Part shown: positions 12,021 through 25,173 of the stretch, one piece after another | Layout of the letters: each line of letters begins with the position of its first letter | How positions within the stretch are numbered: the stretch's first letter is position 1 | Assembly: GCA_973851085.1 (NCBI GenBank) | Contig: OZ316775.1 | Span: 19,096,001-19,160,000 of the forward strand | Length of the DNA: 64,000 nucleotides | DNA from: Ptychomitrium polyphyllum | Taxonomy: Eukaryota | Direction of reading: 5' to 3' | The notes under the pieces: model-generated | Seen by the model: only the letters and a program-made list of their open reading frames with translations | Databases searched by the model: none | Told to the model about the DNA's origin: nothing | Translations under genes and position numbers: made by a program

Positions 12021-13973
12021 CGACCTGTGCTGGTATACTGACGCCTTTGGGAATTATTATGACAATCACTGCCTTCTAAATACAAGTGCCCACAGCATGT
12101 AATGTTCACTAAATCTCTTTATGTTGACAATCTTTGCTACAAAATGCTCTCCCTACTTGGAATTAGGAACCCTAAATTAGTTATGGAGTGTGGTTGGGAA
12201 ATGATATACAACGCCACAACATTGAAAAATCACTACTTTCTAACCCAAGTAGGTCTTTTCAGCATGTAAAGACCTATATGGTCAGCACTGAGTTCACCTA
12301 CAACAGATTGCTCTTTCTCTAATTTCCACTTGATGCTGCTGGAACTTGAGAATCTAACTGAATGAATCGAGCTGAATATCTGGTGTTTGCTGCACAGAAA
12401 TACCTGCTGCAGACAGGTAAAGCAGATTCTACGCCTGATTCCAGAAACAACTGTTGAGATGGTAGACAGATTCTGCCCGGAAAATGTCATCCATCCCAGG
12501 ATTAACCGCTTCATACTCTTCGCTGCAGTAGGACATTACTGCAGCAAGGATGGTCATCAAACGACCATCTTATGCACAACCACACTCCAATCTCACACCT
12601 TTACATTCGTGTTACCATCTTAGAACTGAGTTCACTGCAGATCCTATGTGAGCTCAGTTGCAGCTGCCGATCAAGATCAACCAGACCGAAAACCGCGCTC
12701 GTTTGAACTCTCTCTTGTGAAACTTCATCGCCCAAAGTGGTACTTTGGGTTAAGAGTGGAGATATTTCTTTGAGCTTTAGAGCTGCAAGGAGTTAACAGC
12801 ACACGTATTTGTTTGATTTTCAGCCAATGCAGTGCTTGCAAGCAGAACATGGTTGCTTTTTTTTGGAGTAGATGATTGGACAGTAGGGAACTGATTGTGT
12901 TTTATTGATTACATTGTGGTTGGATTAATTGCTATTTCATTTTAAAGAGCTTGAGGATTTCATTGACTGAGACGGTATGGCTGAGGTTTGGATGGGGAGG
13001 TTTGGAATCAGCAAGTGAAGCAGTTGATTGTAGGGTTTATGGGTGTTGACCTCGTGAAGTTGTTGAATTTTCATATGGAGCTGGATCGATAGGAATAGGC
13101 CAAGTGCTCTGTGATACGATTGCAGAGGGTTTTCTAGAGCTTGAATTTTTTCGTAAGCACGATCAAAGTCTGAGTGAGGTGAGATATGGGTTTGGCGATG
13201 GAGATTTGAGGTTTTGAGGTTTGACCTTCGAGGTTTTAATGTCACGAGGTAATGAGTGAACTTGGAACTTGGAGTTTGTTGAAACGATTTAGAGCTGTCA
13301 GCATTTGCAGAGGTGGATTGATGTTCTTTTATGGTCACCATTGCCCTAATAGAATTCTTTAGCTTTCACCAATTGTCGAGGCCGCTGGCGATGTGGGGCA
13401 TATGTGTGTCTGCATGATCGTTAGAAAGTTAGAAATGGAGTTTCTTCTCAGTTTGCAGTTCTGCGCTGCTACTGCGAAATTCCTGAGGGAGCCGAGTGGC
13501 TGAGTCAACATCCTGCTCTACTGGGGGACAATCGTGTGGTTGAATCGGCTTTCAATAGCGATCCGTGATAAGGGGCTTGTATGCACTCTCATATCTTACG
13601 AAGATGAATAGTTTTCAGTATCTTGTTTTCCCAAGTTCTTAACAGTGGAAACTGGTCATTAATTGGTGGGTGAAGTGAACATAGTTCGGCTATTATCTAA
13701 CATGCTCTCAACTTCATCCTCAGTGACTCACTTCAGTCAAGAGTAAGCCTATTTCATGCTTAAGTGAGCTAAAATGTTCCTAATTTGAGCACTCCAGAGT
13801 TGTGGACAAGAGCATTCGTGCACATGTACGATGGTCAATGGGCACGCCTAGACTGTTGATGCACATGAATTTGTACTTGCAGAGTCTTGAGCCAACCGGA
13901 GCGACTAGAGTTCCAGTGGACAATGCGGGCTTCGTGAGCAACTTTTGGTCACTCTTGAATTTAGAGTGAAGCC

Positions 13974-16900
13974 ATGGCCAATCCCCACTCACAAGTTGGG
14001 CCATCAAATTCTCGGAGTCCTTATGGATCTCCTCGTATGGTATGCTGCTCTACAATTGAAGTTTCTCGATTGCTACCTCGCTGTTGCTTTTACCTGAGCA
14101 GTTTCATGTTCTCCGTTTAGGTCATTGTGTTACTTATTACAGAAGATCGGACGGTTGACTGCTACGGTGTGGCCAATGCAAACGAGAAGATGTTGGCATG
14201 CGGCTTACAAAATTGTTGAATCAATACATTTCCCTTTTGTCCTAATTTGTTTAGCTGTGAGGTATTTCTTAACTTGGCTTGACAAATGTTGCATAAGAAT
14301 CAGGATTACGTTCTGGCACTTTACTCGGCTCTGTCTTAGTTTCATGTTGCGAGCGTGTCTAACCTTAGCATTATCACATAAATTTGAGATATGCAGGTAG
14401 ACGCGCACAATGAAAAACCTCTTCCAAACAATCTTCAATACCCAAGCAATATGTCTGGTATGCCGAGCCGAACGAGTCCTTTGGGTAGTAACAAGACAGT
14501 AGCATTTAGCAAGCCTGCGTCCACCGTCATCCGTGGAGAGAGCCCAGTTGGAAGCTCCTTCTCAAGAGTGGGACCAGGATTTGGAAGCAATGGTGGTTCC
14601 CAACCACCTGATCAACATCAGTCGGCGCTTCGAGTTGGACCACGGCTGCGAGCTGAAGGTCTTATGGTGCCCCCCGCCTCTGATGCGGCTACTTTACGTC
14701 GCCAAGTGGCTGCTTTGCAGCTTGATTTAGAGGCCCACATTGATGGCGAGCAGCGGCTACAAAGTATAAATCAACAGCTTCGAGAAAGGTCATCTTATAC
14801 TGTCCCTCTTGTCCTAGCCCCGTGGAACTTTGTACACTCCCCTCCCTCCATTTGCAGTTCTGTATACTTCCCAAATCCTACTTAGCAGGGCTAGAGAATT
14901 AGAAGGCAGACCAATATTCAATGCAGCAAATTGGAACCGGTGGTGCTGTGTGTATCTAGTAGATAAAAAGTTCATGTAGTAGCTCTTCCTAGTCATGTAT
15001 AAGGGGGGACAACGGGGACGAGGATGAGGATTAATATCGAAGAGAGAAAGTTGTCAGGATGTGTATTTGAAATTCCATGAGTACATTTGCAGCTTGGAGC
15101 TGGCGCATGAATATTGCCAATCATTCTCTTTGATGGTCACTGACATAGGACTGTTATAGATATTTCGTAAGAGAAGTATAATGAGTCCTTTGGTGTGTGT
15201 ACGATTGGCAGGTTGGAGCTTTACATGAAGCAGAATCATGAAAACGTCGAGAGAGCAGAGAGCGAGCTTAACACTCTTCACGAGGATATGGAACAGACCC
15301 TTGGGCTGCAGCGTCGATTAGCTCAAAGGTAGAGCCGAAATCTTGTACAAGAGTGTGCAGTAAATGTCGTTCGGTTTATCGTGGTCAGGATGCGGCTACA
15401 TATTCTGTTCTTTGATGCGTCCAAATTTGGGTGCCAGAACGTTTTTAGTGCTTTAATGCTTTGAGGGTATCAAGATGTTGCCATGAATTGACCTTCTGAA
15501 ATGTGTCCTTACCTTCATATCACAGCATTGTTACCCTATGACCATTCTAGAGATGCACTAATCGGCGCTGTCTTGTCAGGGCAACGGCCCTTGAAAAAGA
15601 GAAGAAGGACGTAGAGAATGTTCTTCATCGAAAGGTTCAAGAGTTTGAAAATGAGAGAGCCACCCTTCAAGCTCGCATTCGAGATATCGGTGACGATTTA
15701 CGAGAAAAGGCTGAAGCTCAGAAGAGAGTTAATCAGCTCCAGGTAAATCAGCCCTTCCAATGGATCTAAGTTTTAGTTCTTGGTGTACCTCGGACTTTAC
15801 TGATGTCAAGATATTGTCATAAGTTCGCGTGGAAAATATCTTCATGGATTGCCAAGGTGCCTTTTTTGTATGCACGATGGCACCATTGATATTCAATTAT
15901 CTGCTGAGCAGTACTACTAGATGCTCCCCTGTTATGCGCATTCCCTGTTACCATCAAAACCCTGAGCTTCGGAAAGTGTAGAGAACAGAGAAGCTAGTAT
16001 ATTATATTTTTTGCAGTACTGAAAGCTGGTGTTTAATCTTTACGCTTTCGGGCCTATGCAGACGGAGCTCTTTTCTACTCTGGAAGTAAAGGCCAAACTG
16101 GAGGAACAACTTGCAGCTTTCGAGGAAGAAACAGCTTTTTTGAAGAAGAAAGCTGATGACTATAGCGATGAGCTTCGAGATCTGATTATAAAGGTAAGTG
16201 GATATAAGCAGTTCCTTCTCCCTCAGCAGTATTTTGAAATCTCATTGCTCCACTGACAATGTCATTGATGTATTTTAAAATTCTATGTGGAATAATTAAC
16301 TTCTCAATCGTAACTGTCTACAGTTAAATTTAGGTGTCGCAAATCTCTACAGTTCGCTGCTTTATACTGAGATTAGCAAAACACTTACATAAGGTTTGAT
16401 GGTGTACGCTATACTTATTTCAGAAGTCCTTATGATATAGTAGAGCGAGGATAGTGTTCAGAGAGTTTGATAATCTTACCTCTCTAAAAATACAGGAGCA
16501 ATTGGAGCACAAATTGGATAGAATGGGAAGGAGAGCAGTGACCCGTCGGGCCTTCATGAATTTTGAAAAGGGAGTCAGAGAGCAATGTATCGTCAGAGCT
16601 AACACAGTACATGCCATTAGGCATTTCAGACAACATGGTTGCAGGCAGATATTTTGTTACTTGCGGATGGCCTCTTATCGCTCGAGCTTAATACATCGAG
16701 CATTTGAAAGGTCGTCCAAGGTACTTAAAATTTAAGACTTTCCTTTCAAAACAGATTTCTTCCTTTCGGATAATTAAAGCATACTCTTGTTTAGAGAACC
16801 TATTATGTTTGTGATAGAAGAGACATTTGAAGATGAACCTTAGTGTTCATTTACTGAGGAGACTTAGGGCATTATACAGAATGTTTATTTAGTGCACCAG

Positions 16901-19900
16901 AGGCTTCTGGCTTAACGCTGCTGATCGTTTGGAAAAAACGCATGTTACACACCTATGTTTTCATTTTTCTTTTTTGATGCTTTAGACATTTTCTGCTCCA
17001 TACATGGATAGATGAAGAGTTTAGCTAGGGTTTACTTTGACTGCACTTGAAAATCACAGATGGCTAATGTCTAGTCTACTAGTCAATGAAAGAGTCCATT
17101 GTGCCCATGTTGATTATCATTCATTCCTTGTATTCCTTACAAAAATGATAGGCTTCCTTTTATCAATGCTGGAGAATATGGAGGTTAAGCACCATTGCTA
17201 GACGAAGGGGTGCTTTCGCATTGAAAAAACAAGCTGCTGCAAGAGCGAAAAATGGAATGCACGCATGGGTGGCCTATATCATTCGATTACGCCTCAATCC
17301 AGCACAATACGTAAAGGCGGTAGACCATTGGCATCGGAAGTGCTTGACAAAATGCTTCAGAAACTGGTCTTGGACTGTCCTGCAGTGGAAAATGCCACCC
17401 AAGGAAGAAAAACATCTAACGAATAAAGCTACGAGGCACTACAATAAAATGGTGCTACATACTTATTTTCTCTCTTGGAAAGACTGGCTCAAGGTCTGTG
17501 CAAGACCGGAAAGGAAAAAGTTTGCAACTGTGCAAGCTCATATCAACAAGATGACATTGAAGCAAGCCGTAGCTGCATGGCGGTGCATAATTCATGTCAA
17601 ATGGGTTCGGCGCATGAAATATGAGGAAGCAATTGGTGTAAGCAATAACTTAAGCAAAAGACGCAACTTCACCAGGTCATTATATTCCTATCTTTTTCCA
17701 TGACACGCAATGTCGTGAATCCTCACTTATTCAAATTATGGTTCTAAAATTTATGAGGGTTAATCAGCAACACATATAGAGCCTTTTGTCAAATTTTCTC
17801 TCTGCGTCACGGACAAACTTTTAGGAGCTGTGATAATTGTTATAATTCACAGTGTTGCACTTACCTATTGCAGAGATCGAGACGGTTATACCTTCGTTCA
17901 CTTCTTTAGGTTACTCACTGTGATGTATTGTGAAGGAGGTGAATTTTTTCTTATTATTGTGATGTATTTCTGTGATGTATTGAGGCGAAAGATGCAGTCT
18001 GATGCACTATATCTGCATTGTATTGTATTATGTATAGGTGGCAAGATGCCCTACGTGAAGTGAAGCTCAACAGGCTGCGCAAGACTCAAGCTATCCAGTA
18101 CAGAAATTACAGACAAGCACACTTGGTTTTCAAATGCTGGCGCAATTTTCTTCAACATCAGATGCACATGCGAGTTTATAAGCAAACGGCTTTTCGGCAT
18201 TATCTCCATCAGCTTTCAATCTCGGTCAGAAAACTTTTTGAACCTTCTCTACTTGAAGCAACGATACTTATTGCCATTTCTGCCTTCAATTGGGGCGATT
18301 CTTAACAAATTCTTGTCAATTAGCAACGGATAAAGGTGGATCAGGTGGTCATATTTACTTCCAGCGTCCCGCAAAAATAATCATCACGGGCTCAAAAAAA
18401 ATTGATTTTGTGCAGACTATTCTCAACTCTGCTGAAAAATTGTTTATTAAATTGCCTTCTCTTACCTTACAGCTTAAGCTCTTTTACTGATTTTTACTCT
18501 GCCTTAATGGCTTACTCAAATCTTTAGAGTATGCAAACCTGGAGAGAAAATGTTAATTATGGAAAAGCACAACAAAGAGCTACAGCAGAAGTAAATCAGG
18601 CGCTCACAAGGGCAGCGATGGTCTTTTGGCGTGACTATCATGTGTACAAATCAATTAAGTAAGATCTAGCTTGAGATTGCTTACCATCGTGCCAGTTGCT
18701 TCTGTGCATTTCAAAATCTTGCATATATTGTATATAGAGATCTGAGACACATGAAATAATCTTATTCACAGGCTTCGTGTCGATGCAGGAAGAAGCAAGA
18801 TTACAGAGCTTCAGCATATAGAAAACGGAAACAAATCAAGGTAAGCTATAAACAATATTGCACCCAAACTGCTTTACATTCCTTGCTCATTTTGATTAAG
18901 AGAGTAATAACAACTTAAGCAGTGTAATCTGGCGGGTTCACTGCTTTCTGAAATTGACGAACATGTATCTTTTTGTCTACAGCTGGTGAAAATGATTTTG
19001 AGATGGTGGTGGGAGCAAATGGCATGGAAGCGGAAAGCCATTCAGTTGGATTTCTTATTGGCAATTCGCCGCCGGCGGACAGCACTCATTCAAACTCTGC
19101 ATGCCTGGATACATGCTACTTTTGATGGTCTTCTGCTTGCAAATACTAAATTTCACGAGGATCTTTTGGAAGCACAGGTGCCCAACTTTTCAAATCGTGA
19201 CTAACGACCTTTCTTCGTATTATGTTTTGGTATTCATGTTTATTGTAAAGCCTCGTCGATGATGTGAGCAGAGTTTCGGTTCGGATTGTTGCCAGGATTT
19301 CTGTGCTCAGAATACCCATTAAATCATGTTCCTCAAGCATTCGTTGCCCCATTCAGAGGAATACGTCTGTTCGATTCTCACGCTGTGTAGAATTTTTCAT
19401 TGGGTGATACTTGTTCCTTATTCCTGAAGCTCTTTGTCGAAATTAAATAACAACCAGTCTTTCGCTGCATAACGTCATGATAAATTTTGCTTATTTCTTA
19501 TCAACACTAAATATATGCCTTTGTAGTGAACTAAGATGAAGCAGAACAGCCTATAATAAGGAGAGGGTGTTTGAACTAGCATGATTACACAATTGTATTG
19601 GAGAATTTCTTAAACTTGCAAGTGAAGCAAATGTATCAAGGTCATTACAGGAAGGAAGTTTGGTGTGGATTAGCCAAAATACCAGAGCACTTAATATTGA
19701 CAGTATTTGCTGAAGATGATCCTTTTCTTGTAAGTCCTCTTCATCTTGAATTTGCATGTGTGAGGTAGTAATAAATCGAAGGAGTGGAGACGGTGTCCAT
19801 AGTGGTAAATATGAACACTGAACCAGTTCCTCCAACCAACAAGTTCTGTCAGATTCAGGTTTTTTTCAATGCAGTTGAAAACCTGAAATTTTCAGTACAA

Positions 19901-22900
19901 AATAGCGTTCAAAACAAGAATCTGTTTAGGCTATCGACAAGGCATTGGCACTCATGACCTACCCTGACTAAATATCAATACCTGACATTCATACGCATAC
20001 TACAGTAGTTATCGGTGAGGAACAAGCAAAACGAGGATTTTATCGTTGAAGGAAGATGTTGTTCTTGGCACTGACTAAGGATAGCATGGCATGTAAACAT
20101 AGGTTTGTGTATTTGATAAAAGATTGGACTGCATATTCCTCAGGCGCAATTTGAAGAACAGAAGCAACAGGTAACGACGGTGGACGTGGAGAATCTACAA
20201 CTGATTGACCGTCTTCACACAATGTCATCAGAAATAGCAGAACTTAAGACTACTATTATTGGCATGGAGAAAGAAGAGGACGAGCTTCATCTTGCTCTAG
20301 AAGATGGTGCCGTACTTGAGAGTTCCATGCAAGGTGAGATTGAGCAGCAGCATGTACAAGCTGAGGAGCTTGAGCTCGAAATTCAAAGCCTCCAGGTAGT
20401 ACTCTCATAAATCTTGGTCGTAGAGTAGACCCTCATGCATTTTACTGCTACCTTCCAGTCTACAACAAAGGTTAGAGTAAATCTTAGTAATGATCTCGAG
20501 TTGATGTTGAGGAATCTTGCAATTTTGGGAAATACACAGCCATCAGTCTGCTGATTCATGCTTTCAATATCGCACCCTGTGACCCATGCTATTAAGCGAC
20601 AGAAAAACCACAAGGATGATTACCTTTTCATTTATTCTTTTGGTTTGTATTAACACCTCTTCTGAAATTACGATGTTGCAGAAAAGGCTTCAAATGAAAA
20701 ATGCGGAGGATACTGCAGGAGAAATTCATCATACCCTGGAAATACAGAACTTGGAGCATGCTGTAAAGGAGCTTCGCACGCAGCTGTCTGTCAAAACTTC
20801 TCAAATTGACTGCTACGAGAAGGTTTGTGTCAGATAATCACATTTTGTATACTCTTACGTGATCAATCCTTGTATTAGAATCACCCGACACTATCCAGCT
20901 CTTTTTATCATCGTTCATTTTGTCTGAGTGCTCATGTTTGTTTTCGCATGAAAGGATCATCTGCCTTTGTTACGGTCCTGTCTCTAAATAGTTGTCCGTT
21001 GGTGCCATTCCTGTGCTCAGGCCTTAAAAGAAACCGCAGAGAGACTCGAAGGAGCATCTGATGAGTCCCAAGAGAAACTCACAAGCGCTTTTGAGATTGC
21101 TGGATCGTTGCGAAAACTCTTGGAGGACCGTGAGAACCAGTTCATCACCTTAGAAGGACATTGCCGGGTAAGGAAGCTTTGAAAAAGCAAGTATCTTTGT
21201 TATTGGTATTGTCTATATTATAGTTCTTCAATATCTGGTGATGGCTGCTATAGAATCGTAGATGTCTGCTGCTACGATTGCCCTGATAACATGCTTCTGG
21301 AACAATACAGAGACGGGAACTGCAACTGGGAGAAGTGCAACGTAAATTGGCAGTGGCCAACTGCACACTGTGTGAAACTGTTGAATGCAGGGACGCACGC
21401 ATCCAAGAGCTGGAGACTATGCTTTACAATAAGCAGCAGGAGGTACTGATCACCTTCTGCATCAAAACTACTCTTTTCCCACTAAAATGCCCTCTTTACA
21501 CAATTGGTGGAGTACTAGATCATATTCCGAACAGGATTGAGGCTTTCTTTTTGTTTTAAAAACCTTCTTGACATGCGATTTCGCCATCTTCAAACCTCTA
21601 CACATTAGTTCTAAAGATAAACTTTCGACCCGCCAGAACCAACCACTGTTTGTAAATTTGGTGATACAGGTACAAGACACACAACAGCAATTGCAGGATA
21701 TGGAGCTAGCAATGGATCTCAAAGAGAGTCGTGTACGGAAGTTAGAATACGAACTAAAGTTTATGTCTGGTACGCCATCACACCATGTGTTTGATGATTC
21801 GTCTTACCTATAAAACTGATTGTAGCGTTTTTAAATCACAAATTTTACCATGTATTGCTGTTTATTTGTGTGTAATTCGGTTGTCATTCTTTCTTAGAGT
21901 ATGCCATCTTGTTTTTACTGTAGAACTCATGACTAATTTTTACTGTAGAACTCATGACTAATTTTTACTGTAGAACTCATGACTAATTTTTACTGTAGAA
22001 CTCATGACTAATTTTTACTGCGAATTCAGTACACATTATGACTACTTTAATTTGTTAGCTCAGAATTTAGCTAAGAATATTACGTGATTTAGTTCGTCCT
22101 CTGCTTTACGAGAACCTGTATAATTTGTGAAATACAGAACAAACGGCTCTGAAGACGAAATCGTTTGTTTCAAGCTTAAGTTCCTGGTCAGCGACGCCGC
22201 AGTTCAATCCTGATGTAAACGCTTCGCTCCGAGGGGGCTTGCATAGTCTTAAAGTTAAGGAGTCCTTACGCCATACGTACGTTGAAGCTAAGAGCGCTCT
22301 TCTGCACCAAAGTGCTGGGACCAGCTTTCTTCTACCACCCTCTACCACGTATTCCGAAGACCAGCAAGGAGATATTCCATCTCTCACTGATGGTCCTGGA
22401 CCCTTAATCGGCATTGCCGACTGCTTTGAACCACCTTGCCAAGATGATTCTATACCACATCTGGATAATCCACCAGACTCGGATGTCGGTGCGCCTCCTC
22501 CGGCTATGGCATCTCACCAAGCAGAACTTTCGGCCTCACAACAGGGAATATCATCTACGGTAGAGAAACGAGCACACGTGGATATGGGTACGTCGGCAGC
22601 AGAATCACTCGACCAAGAGAGTCGTTCAGTGTTGTTGTATCAAGGGGAGGACATGTCGCAACCTGACTGGGAGACGTCGTTTGCACTGGTTTCGACGACG
22701 AGGCCAACACCCCCGGGATACATGGCTGATCCTGGATCTACTCTGACAGACGGAAGAGAACAATCAGAGCAAGCATTTGAAGGTGGGGGTGGAGGAATTG
22801 TTCAAACAACTGGGGAAGGCCCTTATCGTATGATACTGGACGACGATCCCAGTGCGGTTGATAGCCTTCACATCGAAATTCAACGCTTGCAGGCTCGTAT

Positions 22901-23324
22901 CATGAGCCGATTGAGAGACTCCGCCGTACCGCCAGAAGTAAGCTTCTTCGGGCTCGTTTATAACCTTTCCGAGGCTCTTGTAAAACCTGTCTTATTCAAA
23001 TTGTGTACCAAAGTAGAGCATCATCTTCCTCTGAATCCTCTTTCATGAATGCTCGTGGTATTTATGTGGAAGGAACACTTCAGATTTCGCACTATACTGT
23101 TGCAATTGGAGTTTTGGTGACTCAATAAGCTCATTGGTAAACTGTTCTCTGTAGGGTACCTTTACATTTGCAACTCAAGGATCTGAGATTGATGGTGATG
23201 TGTTTGTGGATGTGAGCAGGATTCCTCAAATCCCGCCTCAAATCGAAGTGGTACCACTAGAACGACACCCAGGCCACCGCCAGAAACTGGTCCTAGTTCT
23301 GGAAGGTCGTGGGATAGTCGGTAA
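13974..23324 (+). CDS. Large coiled-coil protein with central Trp-periodic Sfi1-like (centrin-binding) repeats; 18 coding exons
   Basis: GCCATGG start at 13974. Exons (approx. 13974-14039, 14397-14788, 15212-15328, 15580-15742, 16062-16192, 16496-16720, 17152-17675, 18038-18223, 18528-18658, 18789-18840, 18983-19177, 20143-20395, 20682-20822, 21021-21167, 21311-21442, 21670-21769, 22138-22937, 23220-23324) splice in frame. Middle exons repeat A..(H/Y)(W/Y/R)......K.(F/W)..W motifs flanked by heptad-rich coiled coils. Confidence 0.7.
21912..22020 (+). repeat. Perfect intronic minisatellite, 25-bp unit x 4.4
   Basis: TTTTTACTGTAGAACTCATGACTAA occurs 4 times identically, followed by a 9-nt partial copy; there are no spacers. 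Confidence 0.97.
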
Positions 23325-25173
23325 ACTTCATTCTGGATGCGAAGCTGTGGTGATCTACCAGATATGCTGGCCAGAGGCACTCCATAACATCTTCTTTCTA
23401 CTACCAGACTCGGATCTGCTGACAACTTCCGTGGCAGGACGTCAGGTTATACGAATTCAAGTCGGTGGCAGCCTCTTCAGCGGCTTCAAAATGCTCCTCG
23501 GGTCGCCCGTCCAAGCGTACTTTGTATTGCAGTGTGCAAAAGCTGAAGGCGTTCACATTACATTAACCGAAGGTCACATAATGTGCTGCAGAAACGCTTT
23601 CAACAATTCTACAATACTGGTAAGCCAATGAATGGAAATACCACCCAGTAGAAGAGCACAGCTGCAGAAGAGCACATGTCGCTCAGCGGAATTGTCCTTA
23701 CAAGCGTTTTCAAGTTCAAGAGGAATTAGGAAAGGTCAGCTGTCGAGGTTAACACGGTTACAGTTAACGGTGTCTGTACATCACAATGAATGTGAATGTC
23801 TTGAGTTCACAATGAAAGTGGTCACGAAATGCAGACAACCTCTGCTGCAAAGGCTTGGAAAATGCCAACTCTGAACACTAACCGTGACTGGCTCCTTCAC
23901 ACACCGTTTGAACACCGTATGCCATCAGGTAGCCGTCCACCATGTCGTTGGCCTACTGGCGTGCAAATATTGAGTTCATTTTGGTGGAACTTTTGGCAGG
24001 GTCAAGCTTGTCCTCCAGCTTCAGGAACCTTATTCGTGGGAGTGGCATGCGTTTCTAAGCAGGCACTGCTCAGATTTTCATTCTTTTGCACCTGTCCTAT
24101 CATGTTATGCACCATCACTCCTGGGCTCTCATGCAGGTTATGGTAAAACCACCCCGTGAATAGACGATTCTTCCATTTTATGACTGTCAGATTATGTACG
24201 ATGTAACAATACATGGGTAACAAGCAGCTTCACTGATGTATACACAAATATAAGGAGTCATTCTACTGCTCAAAGTTCTGTTGCCAGCTCACTACTGCAT
24301 ATAGTATGCTACACGAGTAGGGGTATTAGATTACCCACAATATCAGATTGTCCCATCTACAAACATTTTGATTATCTACCAAATTGCTTATAGTTAGGTA
24401 CCTAAATCTATAAGTTTTATATAGTATTATAGTTTGGGTCTGTAAAACAATATGCATAGATTAGTATACTGAGTCTAGGTTCTGTTAAGGAAAATATCTT
24501 GACACTCCTATGTACTACTATGCAGATAGAATGTCCAAATCAACATCTCATGGTAGATTTGAGCTCAAGATATGAAAGATAAATTACGTACACTGTGATT
24601 ACAATATAATAAGAAAATAAATGCTCTATTTATAATGTTACTTATGAATGATCATTCTTCTTTTTACTAGGACAGTGAACTTAAGGTATATGTAACTTTA
24701 ACTACCAATTTAAGTATTCAAGTGTACCCACACATGTTGAATTCACTTGTGAAAAATTATCTATGATCCTAGTTTTCCAATTTAAACAAAATCTTAAATC
24801 TAAAATTTTAAAACCACAATTGTTAGATGTTTTATGAATTCGTTACAAATTATTGAAGTTACAGAATAATGTGATCCTAAAAGCAACCTCTTCAAATTTT
24901 GAAGATGTAACAGCCATCGACTTAGCCTGCAAACTAAGAATATTTTGAGAAAGTGGGGCCTTGGTGAGTCTCTAGCAGCTCCTCCCTCAGTAGTTTGGCA
25001 GGACACCTAGAGCAGTAGCCGCAACATGTGCTCTTCCATATCACAAGATCCGGCCCCTTGTATCACCCAGTTATCACATCACCGACGCCTGAGTATCATC
25101 CAGATAACAGACGACGAGTGGAGACATCGAACTCGCCTACAGTCCTGCAGCTCCTGATCTCCGGAATCTTGTC

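Noticed and set aside
16424..18840. Apparent stop and frameshift suggesting the Sfi1-like gene is a pseudogene
   Set aside because: Using the downstream acceptors at 16496 and 18789 restores a continuous frame.
21912..22020. CRISPR-like regular repeats
   Set aside because: The units are contiguous with no unique spacers, lie in a eukaryotic intron, and there are no cas genes.
23200..23631. 143-aa ORF as the last exon of the Sfi1-like gene
   Set aside because: The acceptor at 23219/23220 gives a compositionally consistent S/T/P-rich tail ending at 23324; the alternative via 23155 is less plausible though not excluded.
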